Positions 16,520-25,274 of a stretch of DNA of 64,000 bases are shown in pieces. The stretch is from an uncultured Nitrosopumilales archaeon (GTDB taxonomy: Archaea > Thermoproteota > Nitrososphaeria > Nitrososphaerales > UBA213). The DNA lies in contig CAYJSN010000003.1 of assembly GCA_964373125.1 (NCBI GenBank), positions 10,480-74,479 on the forward strand, read 5' to 3'. The notes under the pieces are model-generated. The model saw only the letters and a list, made by a program, of their open reading frames with translations, was not told the DNA's origin and did not search any database. The position numbers and the translations under genes were made by a program. How positions within the stretch are numbered: the first letter of the stretch is position 1; each line of letters begins with the position of its first letter.

Positions 16520-17401
16520 ATGACGAACACAAAGTTCTTGCTGCTGGGGCTTTTGCTGGTACCGCTTGCAGCCATGATGAGCTTGCAGAGTGCAGACGCC
16601 GAAGAAGCCAAGGTCGTAATCGCTGCGAACTCACAGGTCGCAACCTGCGCCGACGAAGACAAGTGCTACATTCCGTCGACAATCACCGTCGCGAAGGGCA
16701 CGACTGTGACATGGGTAAACGAGGACTCGGCAGGACACACAGTAACCGGAGCATCGGATCCTCTGGACCCGGGCACATGGGGCAGCCTGACCGTTGGGGG
16801 CCAGACATTTGATTCATTGTTCCCGCTGATCAAGCCGAGCGGTGGTGAATACAAGTTCACCTTCACGGAGACAGGAGAGTTCCCATATACGTGCCAGGTG
16901 CATCCGCACATGATAGGCAAGGTCGTGGTGGTCGAGGCGATGGCTGAGGAAGAAGAGGAAGAGGTTCACACGATGGGAGGCACGGTTAAAGTGATGCATG
17001 ACGGCAACAGCTTCGACGTCCCCGTCTCGCTGTCCAACGGAAGCGTGAAGAGCATCACTGTCGACGCAGACTTTACCAGCGTGGTACTGACACTTGAGAC
17101 AACAAACGCAAACGGCGATCTCATGGTGACGCTGCCAAGGAACCTGGTCGACTCGAAGGCCGATAGCGGTGACGACGCATTCATAGTGCTTGTGGACGGC
17201 GACGAGGCTGACTTTACGGAATCGAAGACCACAGATTCGGCAAGGGAACTCACCATACCCATATCTGGCGGAACAGAAGAGGTAGAGATAATCGGCACGC
17301 AGGTAATACCGGAGTTTCCGTTCGCGGTCATTGCTGTGATGGGCGCTGTGGCTGGGTTGGCAGTGGCGGTCAGCAGGTTCAGGATGCCGGTAAGGCCCTA
17401 A
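16520..17401 (+). CDS. Exported type-1 blue copper protein (plastocyanin/amicyanin-like) with PEFG-CTERM-type tail
   Basis: 293 aa. Signal peptide. Cu ligands GHTV...YTCQVHPHM (C-x2-H-x2-M). An acidic linker and a second beta-rich domain. C-terminal IPEFPFAVIAVMGAVAGLAVAVSRFR sorting-like signal. Confidence 0.8.
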   Translation: MTNTKFLLLGLLLVPLAAMMSLQSADAEEAKVVIAANSQVATCADEDKCYIPSTITVAKGTTVTWVNEDSAGHTVTGASDPLDPGTWGSLTVGGQTFDSLFPLIKPSGGEYKFTFTETGEFPYTCQVHPHMIGKVVVVEAMAEEEEEEVHTMGGTVKVMHDGNSFDVPVSLSNGSVKSITVDADFTSVVLTLETTNANGDLMVTLPRNLVDSKADSGDDAFIVLVDGDEADFTESKTTDSARELTIPISGGTEEVEIIGTQVIPEFPFAVIAVMGAVAGLAVAVSRFRMPVRP

Positions 17402-17406
17402 CTCCT

Positions 17407-17426
17407 TCTTTTTACTTATTTTATTT
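17407..17426 (+). terminator. Oligo-T tract after the cupredoxin gene
   Basis: CTTTTTACTTATTTTATTTG lies directly after the stop at 17401. Confidence 0.3.
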
Positions 17427-17463
17427 GGAATGTTTAAGTAATTAGGTGCAGGTCTGTATCCTA

Positions 17464-17727
17464 ATGCTATTCATAACCCTGATCAGGTTCAAGAAGAAGG
17501 TCAGAGACGTGGTCGAGGTCGGGAAGAAGCTGATGGAGAACCTGCCGCCGGGCGTGAAGATCATCGGCACGTACTGGACGCTGGGCAGGTTCGACGGAGT
17601 CTGGGTCTACGAGGCGCCGAGCGAGAAGGACCCCATAAAGATCTTCCTAGACGCGGGGGACGTTGCGTCGTTCGAGACGCTGGTCGCGATACCCAGAGAA
17701 GAAGGGATGAAGCTGCTGAAGGACTAG
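17464..17727 (+). CDS. GYD-domain-like small protein
   Basis: About 87 aa starting MLFITLIRFKKK. The pattern ...IGTYWTLGRFDGVWVYEAPSEKD...FETLVAIP matches GYD family proteins. The track ORF starts at 17446. Confidence 0.5.
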   Translation: MLFITLIRFKKKVRDVVEVGKKLMENLPPGVKIIGTYWTLGRFDGVWVYEAPSEKDPIKIFLDAGDVASFETLVAIPREEGMKLLKD

Positions 17728-17782
17728 GCTTCAGCCATGACGGCTAAAAATATTAAAGGGCCGGGCGTGAACTATCCATGAT

Positions 17783-18019
17783 ATGCGCGGCAGGGATCTG
17801 ATGTGGATTCTGGTCATCGCATCGATCGGTGTTACTATAGTCTCACTACTGCTCGGCACGTTCTTCCTCTTCCTTTTCTTCCCGCTGGTATTCCCGCTCG
17901 CGTTTGCGCGCAGGTTCAGAGCGTCCAGGCAGCACGCCTACAGGAGACCGCCGGAGCAGGACGCCTACACTAAGCAGGAACCTAGAGAAGAGAGGGACTG
18001 GCGGGAGAAGTGGAAGTAA
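17783..18019 (+). CDS. Small membrane protein, hypothetical
   Basis: 78 aa. Two hydrophobic segments then a basic/acidic tail. No family recognised. Confidence 0.35.
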   Translation: MRGRDLMWILVIASIGVTIVSLLLGTFFLFLFFPLVFPLAFARRFRASRQHAYRRPPEQDAYTKQEPREERDWREKWK

Positions 18020-18029
18020 GATGCTTGAT

Positions 18030-18431
18030 CTAACTTTGCTTGTCCAGTTTTAGCGCGGCCGAGTTTATGCAGTACCGCCTGTGGGTGGGCTCGGGGCCGT
18101 CCTCGAAGACGTGGCCTAGGTGGGCGCCGCAACTCTTGCACATAACCTCGACCCTCAGCATGCCGTAGCTCCGGTCAACCTCGTACTCCACATTGTCCGC
18201 TATGGGAGCCCAGAAGCTCGGCCAGCCGGTGCCGGAGTCGTACTTGGTCTCCGAGATGAAGAGCTCGCTGCCGCAGCAGACGCATCTGTAAGTTCCCTTC
18301 TCCTTGCAGTCGTGGTACTCGCCCGAGAACGGAGATTCTGTTCCCTTCATCCTGCAGACATCGTACTGCTCGGACGTCAAGGTCTTTTTCCACTCATCAT
18401 CTGTCCTCTGCGTGGATTCTTTCTTCGACAT
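18030..18431 (-). CDS. msrB: Peptide-methionine (R)-S-oxide reductase
   Basis: 133 aa. Zn site CVCCG...CKSCG, GWPSF, and the catalytic region [21 protein letters not shown]. Confidence 0.9.
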   Translation of the reverse strand: MSKKESTQRTDDEWKKTLTSEQYDVCRMKGTESPFSGEYHDCKEKGTYRCVCCGSELFISETKYDSGTGWPSFWAPIADNVEYEVDRSYGMLRVEVMCKSCGAHLGHVFEDGPEPTHRRYCINSAALKLDKQS

Positions 18432-18508
18432 GTCGGAAACACCGCTATACGGTTATTTGAATATATTTGCAGGAGCCCCGTAGCAAACAAAAGTAAGCGC
18501 GCCGATCT

Positions 18509-18817
18509 TCACCGGCGCTTAGGAGCAGACCTTTCAGTTTTTTCAGCTGCATCAGCAGCTGCTTGTGCGGTCGCTGCCAATGCTTTAGCGGCAGCTATCA
18601 GGTCAGCCATCTCAGCCGGATTTTCTGTTGCAACCTCGGCTAATTGTGCAGCGGCTCTAGCCGCTGCCTGAGCAGCTTCGGCTGCTTGCGCGGTTGCCTG
18701 TACAGCTTTGGCAGCGCGAGGATTATCTTTCGCGGCGTCTGATGCTCTTTTAGCCACTTGTTCTGCTGCTCGTGCTGCTTCGGCTGCTTGCTTCGCAAAA
18801 TCTGCAGGAGACGACAT
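18509..18817 (-). CDS. Alanine-rich repetitive helical protein, hypothetical
   Basis: 102 aa, mostly A/Q/E/K, with two similar segments around DNPRAAKAVQATAQAAEAA and ENPAEMADLIAAAKALAATAQAA. The TATA-like ATTTAAG lies about 29 nt upstream of the ATG. Low-complexity sequence, so coding status is uncertain. Confidence 0.4.
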   Translation of the reverse strand: MSSPADFAKQAAEAARAAEQVAKRASDAAKDNPRAAKAVQATAQAAEAAQAAARAAAQLAEVATENPAEMADLIAAAKALAATAQAAADAAEKTERSAPKRR

Positions 18818-19226
18818 TGAATATTATATACACGCCGTGGCTCTTAAATCTTAGCTGATAAAAATTCGGATGAATTCTGCAATCTACATGTTATGACTGT
18901 GATATTGTGGGAGATTTTTGAGAACTATTGGTGGTCTTCTCAAAATAAGTCGATTGTATGATCATCTTTTAATGCCTACATTTTAACCGGCGCACGGTGT
19001 GGTTGAGGTAGCATGAATAGCAATTAATCACTAGCGATGCGAAAATTACAGATGCCGAAAGCGTCCTATGAAATTTGTTTATTGGTTTGAACGGTGGCCC
19101 CCACCAAATTCATTCCCGCTTAGTAAAATCGGAGCCATATTAGGAGAGCACCAATCCCGTCACATCTGGTCCGAATTTCGTTCAATTTTATACCGGTACC
19201 CGACGGGCCCACGTAAAATGAATTAT

Positions 19227-20357
19227 CTACAGCTTTGTCAGGCTTATCTTCTTGAGCCTTGTTACAACGATCATCGCAGCCACTACTGCTACCATAATTG
19301 CCGCTGCTCCAAATGGAAACTCAGGAACTACTACTAGATCGAACTCTGCCTTCTCTATTATAGCCTCACTGATACCGCCACCAAGAGAAAAGGTGCCTAG
19401 ATAGGTTACTTCCACATGCACCCTACCCGCGGATTCGAAGGTAACCTCGTGGATTCTCTGCCCAGTATTCTCTACCTTATACACAACCTTTCCCGCTGCA
19501 TCAGTTATCTCCAGGTCGTACCTCGGATTAGGGAGAGTTTTGCCCCTGGTATCGGTGATGGTCACCTCGAGCTGCACGGTCTGGCCAGGCTCCATCGTCT
19601 CCGGGTTCCAAGAGAGATCTACGACGAAGGTAGCAGAGTTTGTATGTTTGCTCAGCGGTGGTTTTGGCACCACCAGCTTCGCCTCTGGGGGTTCTGGAGG
19701 TGTATCTGTGATCCTTGTCTCTAACAGCTCATACTCGAACAGGACCGGTATCGGGTGCTGAGATACCAGTGCGAAAACCTTCGCCTTTACCGGGAATGGA
19801 AAATTATCGCTTATCCAGAAAGTACTGTCAACGGCGTAGTGAAACCCTACCAGAGATGTGTCCCATGACTTGCCAGCCGCATCGATCGTTTCGCTTCCTA
19901 CCGGATGCACGATTATGCCCCCGCCTCCCAATCCGGCTATCACGCCCCAGTTTTCAAAACCAGTAAGCGCCTTGGGGTTTATCTTTGAAGCATAGCTGCT
20001 TAGCCATGCGAGTGTCTGGTCTATCACCCCTGCATAGGGTCGGAATTCTTCAGAGATGGAACCTATAGGCTCCAGTGTCAGCGATGCAAGCAGCAACTCC
20101 TCGGTTACCACCTTACCCTCGTCCTCAACTATCGTGAAGGCCTTCCAGTTATCCTTCTCGTCCCTAGACTCTAACAAGATGGTTACATCTATCGGCTGGC
20201 TCTTCTTGTAATCGAAGAACGCGATCCTGTACTTCATTAAAAGGCCCTCCTGCGCACCATCTCCGGGATACCATTCACCCTGCGCATAGGCTGCTTTGGT
20301 TGCAAGGATACCGGATCCCAGCAAGATGCCCATCAATGCATACGTCCAGTACCTCAT
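19227..20357 (-). CDS. Exported protein with PEFG-CTERM-type tail
   Basis: Start moved to ATG 20357 (MRYWTYALMGILLGSGILATKAAYA signal peptide). The track start at 20513 adds 52 non-signal residues. C-terminal VVPEFPFGAAAIMVAVVAAMIVVTRLKK. Ig-like beta-rich C-terminal half. Confidence 0.65.
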   Translation of the reverse strand: MRYWTYALMGILLGSGILATKAAYAQGEWYPGDGAQEGLLMKYRIAFFDYKKSQPIDVTILLESRDEKDNWKAFTIVEDEGKVVTEELLLASLTLEPIGSISEEFRPYAGVIDQTLAWLSSYASKINPKALTGFENWGVIAGLGGGGIIVHPVGSETIDAAGKSWDTSLVGFHYAVDSTFWISDNFPFPVKAKVFALVSQHPIPVLFEYELLETRITDTPPEPPEAKLVVPKPPLSKHTNSATFVVDLSWNPETMEPGQTVQLEVTITDTRGKTLPNPRYDLEITDAAGKVVYKVENTGQRIHEVTFESAGRVHVEVTYLGTFSLGGGISEAIIEKAEFDLVVVPEFPFGAAAIMVAVVAAMIVVTRLKKISLTKL

Positions 20358-20507
20358 TGACATTAACAAAGTGAGACTGAATTGATAAATGTTGGTATAG
20401 GACTCCGTCATATTAGTGCTGAATTTTGGTTGATTTTGATACGGTGCCCGACGAACCCGTAAGTTTATGTTAGCTGGCATCGAATCCATCAATCGCGAAT
20501 GGAAACA

Positions 20508-20627
20508 ATGCATTGCCCTTGTTGCGGCGACCTCATGGAACCCGAGGAGGAACTCGAGATATCAATAAAGTACAGGTGCAGGGGCTGCGGCCTGAGCGAC
20601 ACAAGGCTGAAGGAGAAAGCAAAGTAG
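20508..20627 (+). CDS. Small zinc-ribbon protein (39 aa), not in the ORF track
   Basis: Hand translation MHCPCCGDLMEPEEELEISIKYRCRGCGLSDTRLKEKAK, with CPxCG...CxxCG spacing typical of archaeal mini zinc ribbons. Confidence 0.35.
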   Translation: MHCPCCGDLMEPEEELEISIKYRCRGCGLSDTRLKEKAK

Positions 20628-20688
20628 CGTGCTTCCATGTTTGAACCCGACCTAAAGCTTATCTAATCTAGTGGGAGAGATAGCATCC

Positions 20689-22140
20689 ATGCCATTTGAA
20701 AGCCTGACCGAGTACGTCAAGGCACTGGAGGACGCGAACCAGCTCAAGCGTGTGAGAAGCAGGGTGAGCGTCGACCTCGAGCTCGCGGAGGTACTGCGGC
20801 GGCTCATGTACAGCAACGGCCCGGCAGTGCTCTTCGAGAACGTCGACGGCTTCAGGACGCCGGTCCTCGGCAACGCCTTTGGGAGCATGGCTAGGATGCA
20901 ACTGGCTCTGCAGACAGAAAACTTCGAGGAGATCGGGGAGAGGATAGTCGGCCTCACAAAGATGGAGCTCCCCACCGGGATGCTCGATAAATTGAAGATG
21001 CTGCCGAAGCTCTCCGAGATAGCCGATGTGGGCCCCAAGCTTGTCGGCAAGGGCTCGGTCTCCGAGGTCTACGAGGACTCTGCTAAGGCATCGCTTAACA
21101 ACCTACCCGCGCTGAAGTGCTGGCCCAAGGATGCCGGCAGGTTCATCACCTTCGGGATGGTTGTAACCAAGCACCCGGAGACGGGGATCAGGAACTTTGG
21201 CGTCTACCGGATGCAGATCCTGGACGAGAAGCGCGCGATAATGCACTGGCAGGTTCACAAGCGGGGCGCGCAGCACTACCTGATGGCAAAGGAGAGGGAC
21301 GCGAAGAAGATCGAGGTCGCGGTTGTAATCGGCGCCGATCCTGCCACGGTCTTCTCTGCTGTAGCGCCAGTGCCTGAAGGAATGGACAAGTACCTCTTCG
21401 CAGGCATAGTGAGGAAGAAGGGCGTCAGGCTCGTCAAGTGCAAGAGCGTCGACCTTGAAGTTCCTGCAGACGCGGAGATCGTGCTCGAGGGTTACGTTGA
21501 TCCTGCAGACATCAGGATGGAGGGTCCTTTCGGCGATCATACGGGATACTACACGCCGCAGGAACCGTACCCGACCTTCACGCTGACCGGCATAATGAGG
21601 AAGGAGAACCCGATCTACCTCACAACAGTGGTTGGAAAACCGATACTGGAGGACGCCTACATCGGGAAGGTCATAGAGCGGTCCTTCCTCCCGCTGGTGA
21701 GGATGTTCCAGCCCGAGGTCGTGGACTTTGCGATGCCCCCCGCCGGATGGTTCCAAGGACTAGCAGTAGTATCGATAAAGAAGCGCTACCCCGGGCAGGC
21801 CAAGAAGGTGATGATGGGACTCTGGGGCCTGGGGCAGCTCGCGCTCACGAAGATGCTGATCGTGGTCGACGACGATGTCAACGTGCACAGCATCGACGAC
21901 GTCATCTGGGCCGTGACGGCGCGGGCCGACCCGAAGCGTGATACAGTGATCATCGACAACACGCCCACAGACACGCTGGACCCCGCTTCCCCCTTACTGA
22001 ACCTGGGCTCGAAGCTGGGCATAGACGCGACCACCAAGTGGAAGGAGGAGGGCTACGAGCGGGAGGTTCAGGAACTTGCAAAAACTGACCTGCAGACGAA
22101 GGACCTCGTTGATAAGAGATGGAAGGAGTACGGCCTCTGA
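20689..22140 (+). CDS. UbiD-family (prFMN-dependent) decarboxylase, likely the menaquinone/futalosine-pathway enzyme
   Basis: Starts MPFESLTEYVKALEDANQLKRV (ATG 20689; the track gives GTG 20671). Contains GPFGDHTGYY and the overall UbiD pattern. Adjacent to Mqn genes. Confidence 0.88.
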   Translation: MPFESLTEYVKALEDANQLKRVRSRVSVDLELAEVLRRLMYSNGPAVLFENVDGFRTPVLGNAFGSMARMQLALQTENFEEIGERIVGLTKMELPTGMLDKLKMLPKLSEIADVGPKLVGKGSVSEVYEDSAKASLNNLPALKCWPKDAGRFITFGMVVTKHPETGIRNFGVYRMQILDEKRAIMHWQVHKRGAQHYLMAKERDAKKIEVAVVIGADPATVFSAVAPVPEGMDKYLFAGIVRKKGVRLVKCKSVDLEVPADAEIVLEGYVDPADIRMEGPFGDHTGYYTPQEPYPTFTLTGIMRKENPIYLTTVVGKPILEDAYIGKVIERSFLPLVRMFQPEVVDFAMPPAGWFQGLAVVSIKKRYPGQAKKVMMGLWGLGQLALTKMLIVVDDDVNVHSIDDVIWAVTARADPKRDTVIIDNTPTDTLDPASPLLNLGSKLGIDATTKWKEEGYEREVQELAKTDLQTKDLVDKRWKEYGL

Positions 22141-22144
22141 CCTG

Positions 22145-23263
22145 TCAGCAGTGCCTCACTATGTTGTAGAAGTTGTCCCGCTCGGCCACCTGCAGCCCGA
22201 TCTGCTTCACGGCGTCGATTATCTTCTCCTGTGTCAGGGTCGTTGACCTGGAACCGGTGGCGGTGACCACCTCCTCGCCGTGGAGCGTGCCGCCAAAATC
22301 ATCTGCTCCATACTCGAGGGCGAGCTGGGCCATGCCTATCCCATTGGTCAGCCACGATGATTGAAGATGATCTATCAGCCCGTGCAGCATTATCCTGGAG
22401 ATCGCGATCATCTTCAGGAGCTGCAGCCCACCGGCGGAGTACCTGACGCTGCCCTCCTCCTTCAGCTGTGTGTTGTTGGGCTCGAAGCTCCAGGGTATGA
22501 ATGCCATGAAGCCATGTGTCTTCTGCTGGAGCTCGATTATCCGCATAAGCGACCTCGCCCTGTGTTCGAGGCTCTCGATGTGGCCGTACATCAGGGTTGC
22601 CGATGCCGGGATCTCTAGGTTATGAGCCTCCTCCATTATCCTGAGCCACTCCGCGCTCTTTATCTTGAGCGGGCTTATCATCTCTCTTACGCTGTCGACG
22701 AGGATCTCGGCGCCCGCCCCTGGTAATGAATCAAGCCCTGCATCCTTCAGCCTGCCCAGAACCTCCCTGGTGCTGGAGCGCTCCACCTTTGCGATCGTGT
22801 CTATCTCCGATGGCGATAGCCCGTGTATGCCAACGCCCGGGCACTGCTCCTTTATCCGCCTGAACATCTCCTCGTAGTACTCGATCTTCAGAGAGGGGTT
22901 GTGCCCGCCCTGCATCAGGACCTGCGTTATGTTGAACATCTGCCTGGCCAGCGCGACGCGCCTGACGCCATCATCGATGTTTACTGTATAGCCTTCTTCA
23001 TGTCCCGGCGGCCTGTAGAAGGCGCAGAACTTGCAGTAGGTGATGCAGACATTGGTGTAGTTGAAGATCAGGTTGTTCACGAAGGTGGCCTGCCTGCCGA
23101 AGCGATCCTCCTTCAGCCTGTTGGCGACCAGCCCCATCAGGTGGACATCGCCGGACCTGAGCAGCCGGATGCAGTCGTCGAGATCGGGCCGCCCGCCGTC
23201 AAGGACCTTTGCGAGGATATCGCCAATGTCGGAGCGGTTCACCATCTGCGCTAGCTGGCTCAA
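22145..23263 (-). CDS. Radical SAM enzyme of the MqnC/MqnE (futalosine pathway) family
   Basis: 372 aa. NYTNVCITYCKFCAFYR cluster motif and overall CofH/MqnC/MqnE architecture. Cannot separate MqnC from MqnE by eye. Confidence 0.8.
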   Translation of the reverse strand: MSQLAQMVNRSDIGDILAKVLDGGRPDLDDCIRLLRSGDVHLMGLVANRLKEDRFGRQATFVNNLIFNYTNVCITYCKFCAFYRPPGHEEGYTVNIDDGVRRVALARQMFNITQVLMQGGHNPSLKIEYYEEMFRRIKEQCPGVGIHGLSPSEIDTIAKVERSSTREVLGRLKDAGLDSLPGAGAEILVDSVREMISPLKIKSAEWLRIMEEAHNLEIPASATLMYGHIESLEHRARSLMRIIELQQKTHGFMAFIPWSFEPNNTQLKEEGSVRYSAGGLQLLKMIAISRIMLHGLIDHLQSSWLTNGIGMAQLALEYGADDFGGTLHGEEVVTATGSRSTTLTQEKIIDAVKQIGLQVAERDNFYNIVRHC

Positions 23264-23364
23264 ACCGGATAAGCGGGACTCCCATGCTATTTATTCTTTA
23301 GCGCCTACTTGCGGCTCCGTTGTCGAGCGAGCATTTTATATAAAGTTCCGCTCCACCTAACCCG

Positions 23365-24462
23365 ATGCTCAGCAACATCCTCAACGGCTCGCGGGCGCTC
23401 GAGCGAGCTCTGGCAGGAGAGGAGCTCGACTTCAACGACGGCCTAGAGCTGATGAAGGACGACAACATCTTCATGCTCGGGGCGATCGCCGACCGGGTGC
23501 GAAAGCAGACGAAGGGCGATCTCGTTACCTTCACCGCGTCATACTACGTCAACTACACCAATGTCTGCGCGGCGAGCTGCCCGCTCTGCGCCTTTTACCG
23601 CAAGGACGGCGAGGCTGATGCTTACACACTGACAGTTGACCAGATCCTCGAGCGCGTGAGTAAGGCCGTTGGCATGGGCGCCACCGAGCTCCACATAGTG
23701 GGCGGCTTCCACCCGAAGCTGGAGATCGAGTACTACGAGGAGATGATGCGGGCGATCAAGCAGAGGTTCCCCGGCGTGACGATCAAGGCCTTCACGCCGG
23801 CCGAGATATTCTTCATCGCGCGGGTCACACACAACACCGTGAAGGAGGTGCTCCTCCGGCTCAAGGAGGCGGGACTTGATGCGAATGCAGGCGGAGGGGC
23901 CGAGATCTTCCACCCCGATGCGAGGAAGGAGATCGTGATCGGGAAGTGTTCCGGCGATGAGTGGCTCCAAGTTGCCGAGCAGGCCCACAACCTCGGGATA
24001 AGAGGCAACTGCACCATGCTCTACGGGCATGTGGAAAAACCCGAGCACGTCGTCGACCATATAATCAAGCTCAGAGAACTACAGAAGAAGACCGGCGGCT
24101 TTTTGACCTTCATACCGCTCAAGTTCAGCCCCGAGAACACCGAGCTCCAGAAGAATCGAAAAGTTACAGCGCAGTCTCCCGCCACCTACGACCTCAGGGT
24201 CATCGCTCTCTCCAGGCTGATGCTGGCCAACGTGCTGAACAACATATCGGTCTACTGGATAGCCATGGGCAAGAAGATGGCGCAGGTTGCGCTCACGTAC
24301 GGCGGCAGCGACCTAGTCGGCACCGCCTTTGAGGAGGAGATCTTCAGGGCTGCGGGGCTCTCCTACAGCTCATCGGTGGAAGAATTAGCGAATATGATTA
24401 GGGAGATCGGGCGCGTGCCGGCGCAGAGGGATACCTTCCACAACATAATACGCAACTTCTAG
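23365..24462 (+). CDS. Radical SAM enzyme of the MqnC/MqnE family (paralogue of 22145-23263)
   Basis: 365 aa. NYTNVCAASCPLCAFYR. Collinear similarity with the divergently transcribed neighbour. Confidence 0.8.
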   Translation: MLSNILNGSRALERALAGEELDFNDGLELMKDDNIFMLGAIADRVRKQTKGDLVTFTASYYVNYTNVCAASCPLCAFYRKDGEADAYTLTVDQILERVSKAVGMGATELHIVGGFHPKLEIEYYEEMMRAIKQRFPGVTIKAFTPAEIFFIARVTHNTVKEVLLRLKEAGLDANAGGGAEIFHPDARKEIVIGKCSGDEWLQVAEQAHNLGIRGNCTMLYGHVEKPEHVVDHIIKLRELQKKTGGFLTFIPLKFSPENTELQKNRKVTAQSPATYDLRVIALSRLMLANVLNNISVYWIAMGKKMAQVALTYGGSDLVGTAFEEEIFRAAGLSYSSSVEELANMIREIGRVPAQRDTFHNIIRNF

Positions 24463-24504
24463 CGGCCGTTTCCTTTAAATCGGCTGGGAACATCTCCTAC
24501 ACCC

Positions 24505-24987
24505 GTGGAGATCTATCTTATGCGGCACGGCGAGGCCGCGGCCAGCGGGGATGATACGGAAAGCATGCTCACGGAGCAGGGCGCAGGCGACGTGGCGCTG
24601 GTGGCAAAGCACCTGGCCTCGATGGGTCTGAAGGTCTCCAGGATCTATCATTCCGAAAAGCTCAGGGCGCAGCAGACTGCCGAGATGGTCAGGCAGAACC
24701 TGACGATGCCCAAGGAGGGCCTCAGGCAGCTGAACGGGCTGGGGCCCAATGATGATATCAGCTCGACCATGACCATAATCGAATACTCACAGCAGCCAAT
24801 AATCATCGTCGGCCACCTGCCGCACCTGGGCAAGCTGCTCTCCGAGCTGGTCGTGCACAACCAGAACGCAGAACTGGTGAGTTTCGATGCCGGCAGCGTC
24901 GTGTGCCTGGCCAAGGGCGACAAGCGCTGGAACCTGAGATGGATCGTGCACGCCAAGACTCTCAGGCAGCAGCGGGAACAGCGCTAG
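24505..24987 (+). CDS. sixA: Phosphohistidine phosphatase SixA-like (histidine phosphatase superfamily)
   Basis: 160 aa. N-terminal IYLMRHGEA and a later VGHLPHLG, matching the short SixA branch. Confidence 0.7.
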   Translation: MEIYLMRHGEAAASGDDTESMLTEQGAGDVALVAKHLASMGLKVSRIYHSEKLRAQQTAEMVRQNLTMPKEGLRQLNGLGPNDDISSTMTIIEYSQQPIIIVGHLPHLGKLLSELVVHNQNAELVSFDAGSVVCLAKGDKRWNLRWIVHAKTLRQQREQR

Positions 24988-25238
24988 GTTGGGGTACCTG
25001 GGCTGAAAGTTGTTGCGCCTTGGCCCCCGCCGGGACGCCTCTTCCTTCTGTTCAGCCCGAAGCTTATGAGCGTCAGCAGCACGCCTATGCCTGCTATCAG
25101 GATCCCTATCTGGATGATGCCGCGCGATACATTGAACTCATCGAGCGGGCCGCTGAAGAGTATGTTGCTGTAGATTATGTTCAATATTATACCGGTCACG
25201 ATCATCGCGATTCCGCCAGCAAGGAAGCGCCAGTCCAC
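24984..25238 (-). CDS. Small membrane protein (2 TM), hypothetical
   Basis: 84 aa. Two clear hydrophobic helices and a basic/Gly-rich tail. Confidence 0.4.
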   Translation of the reverse strand: MDWRFLAGGIAMIVTGIILNIIYSNILFSGPLDEFNVSRGIIQIGILIAGIGVLLTLISFGLNRRKRRPGGGQGATTFSPGTPT

Positions 25239-25274
25239 GATCTACGATTCTACAAACGATCTAATAACTTTTAA

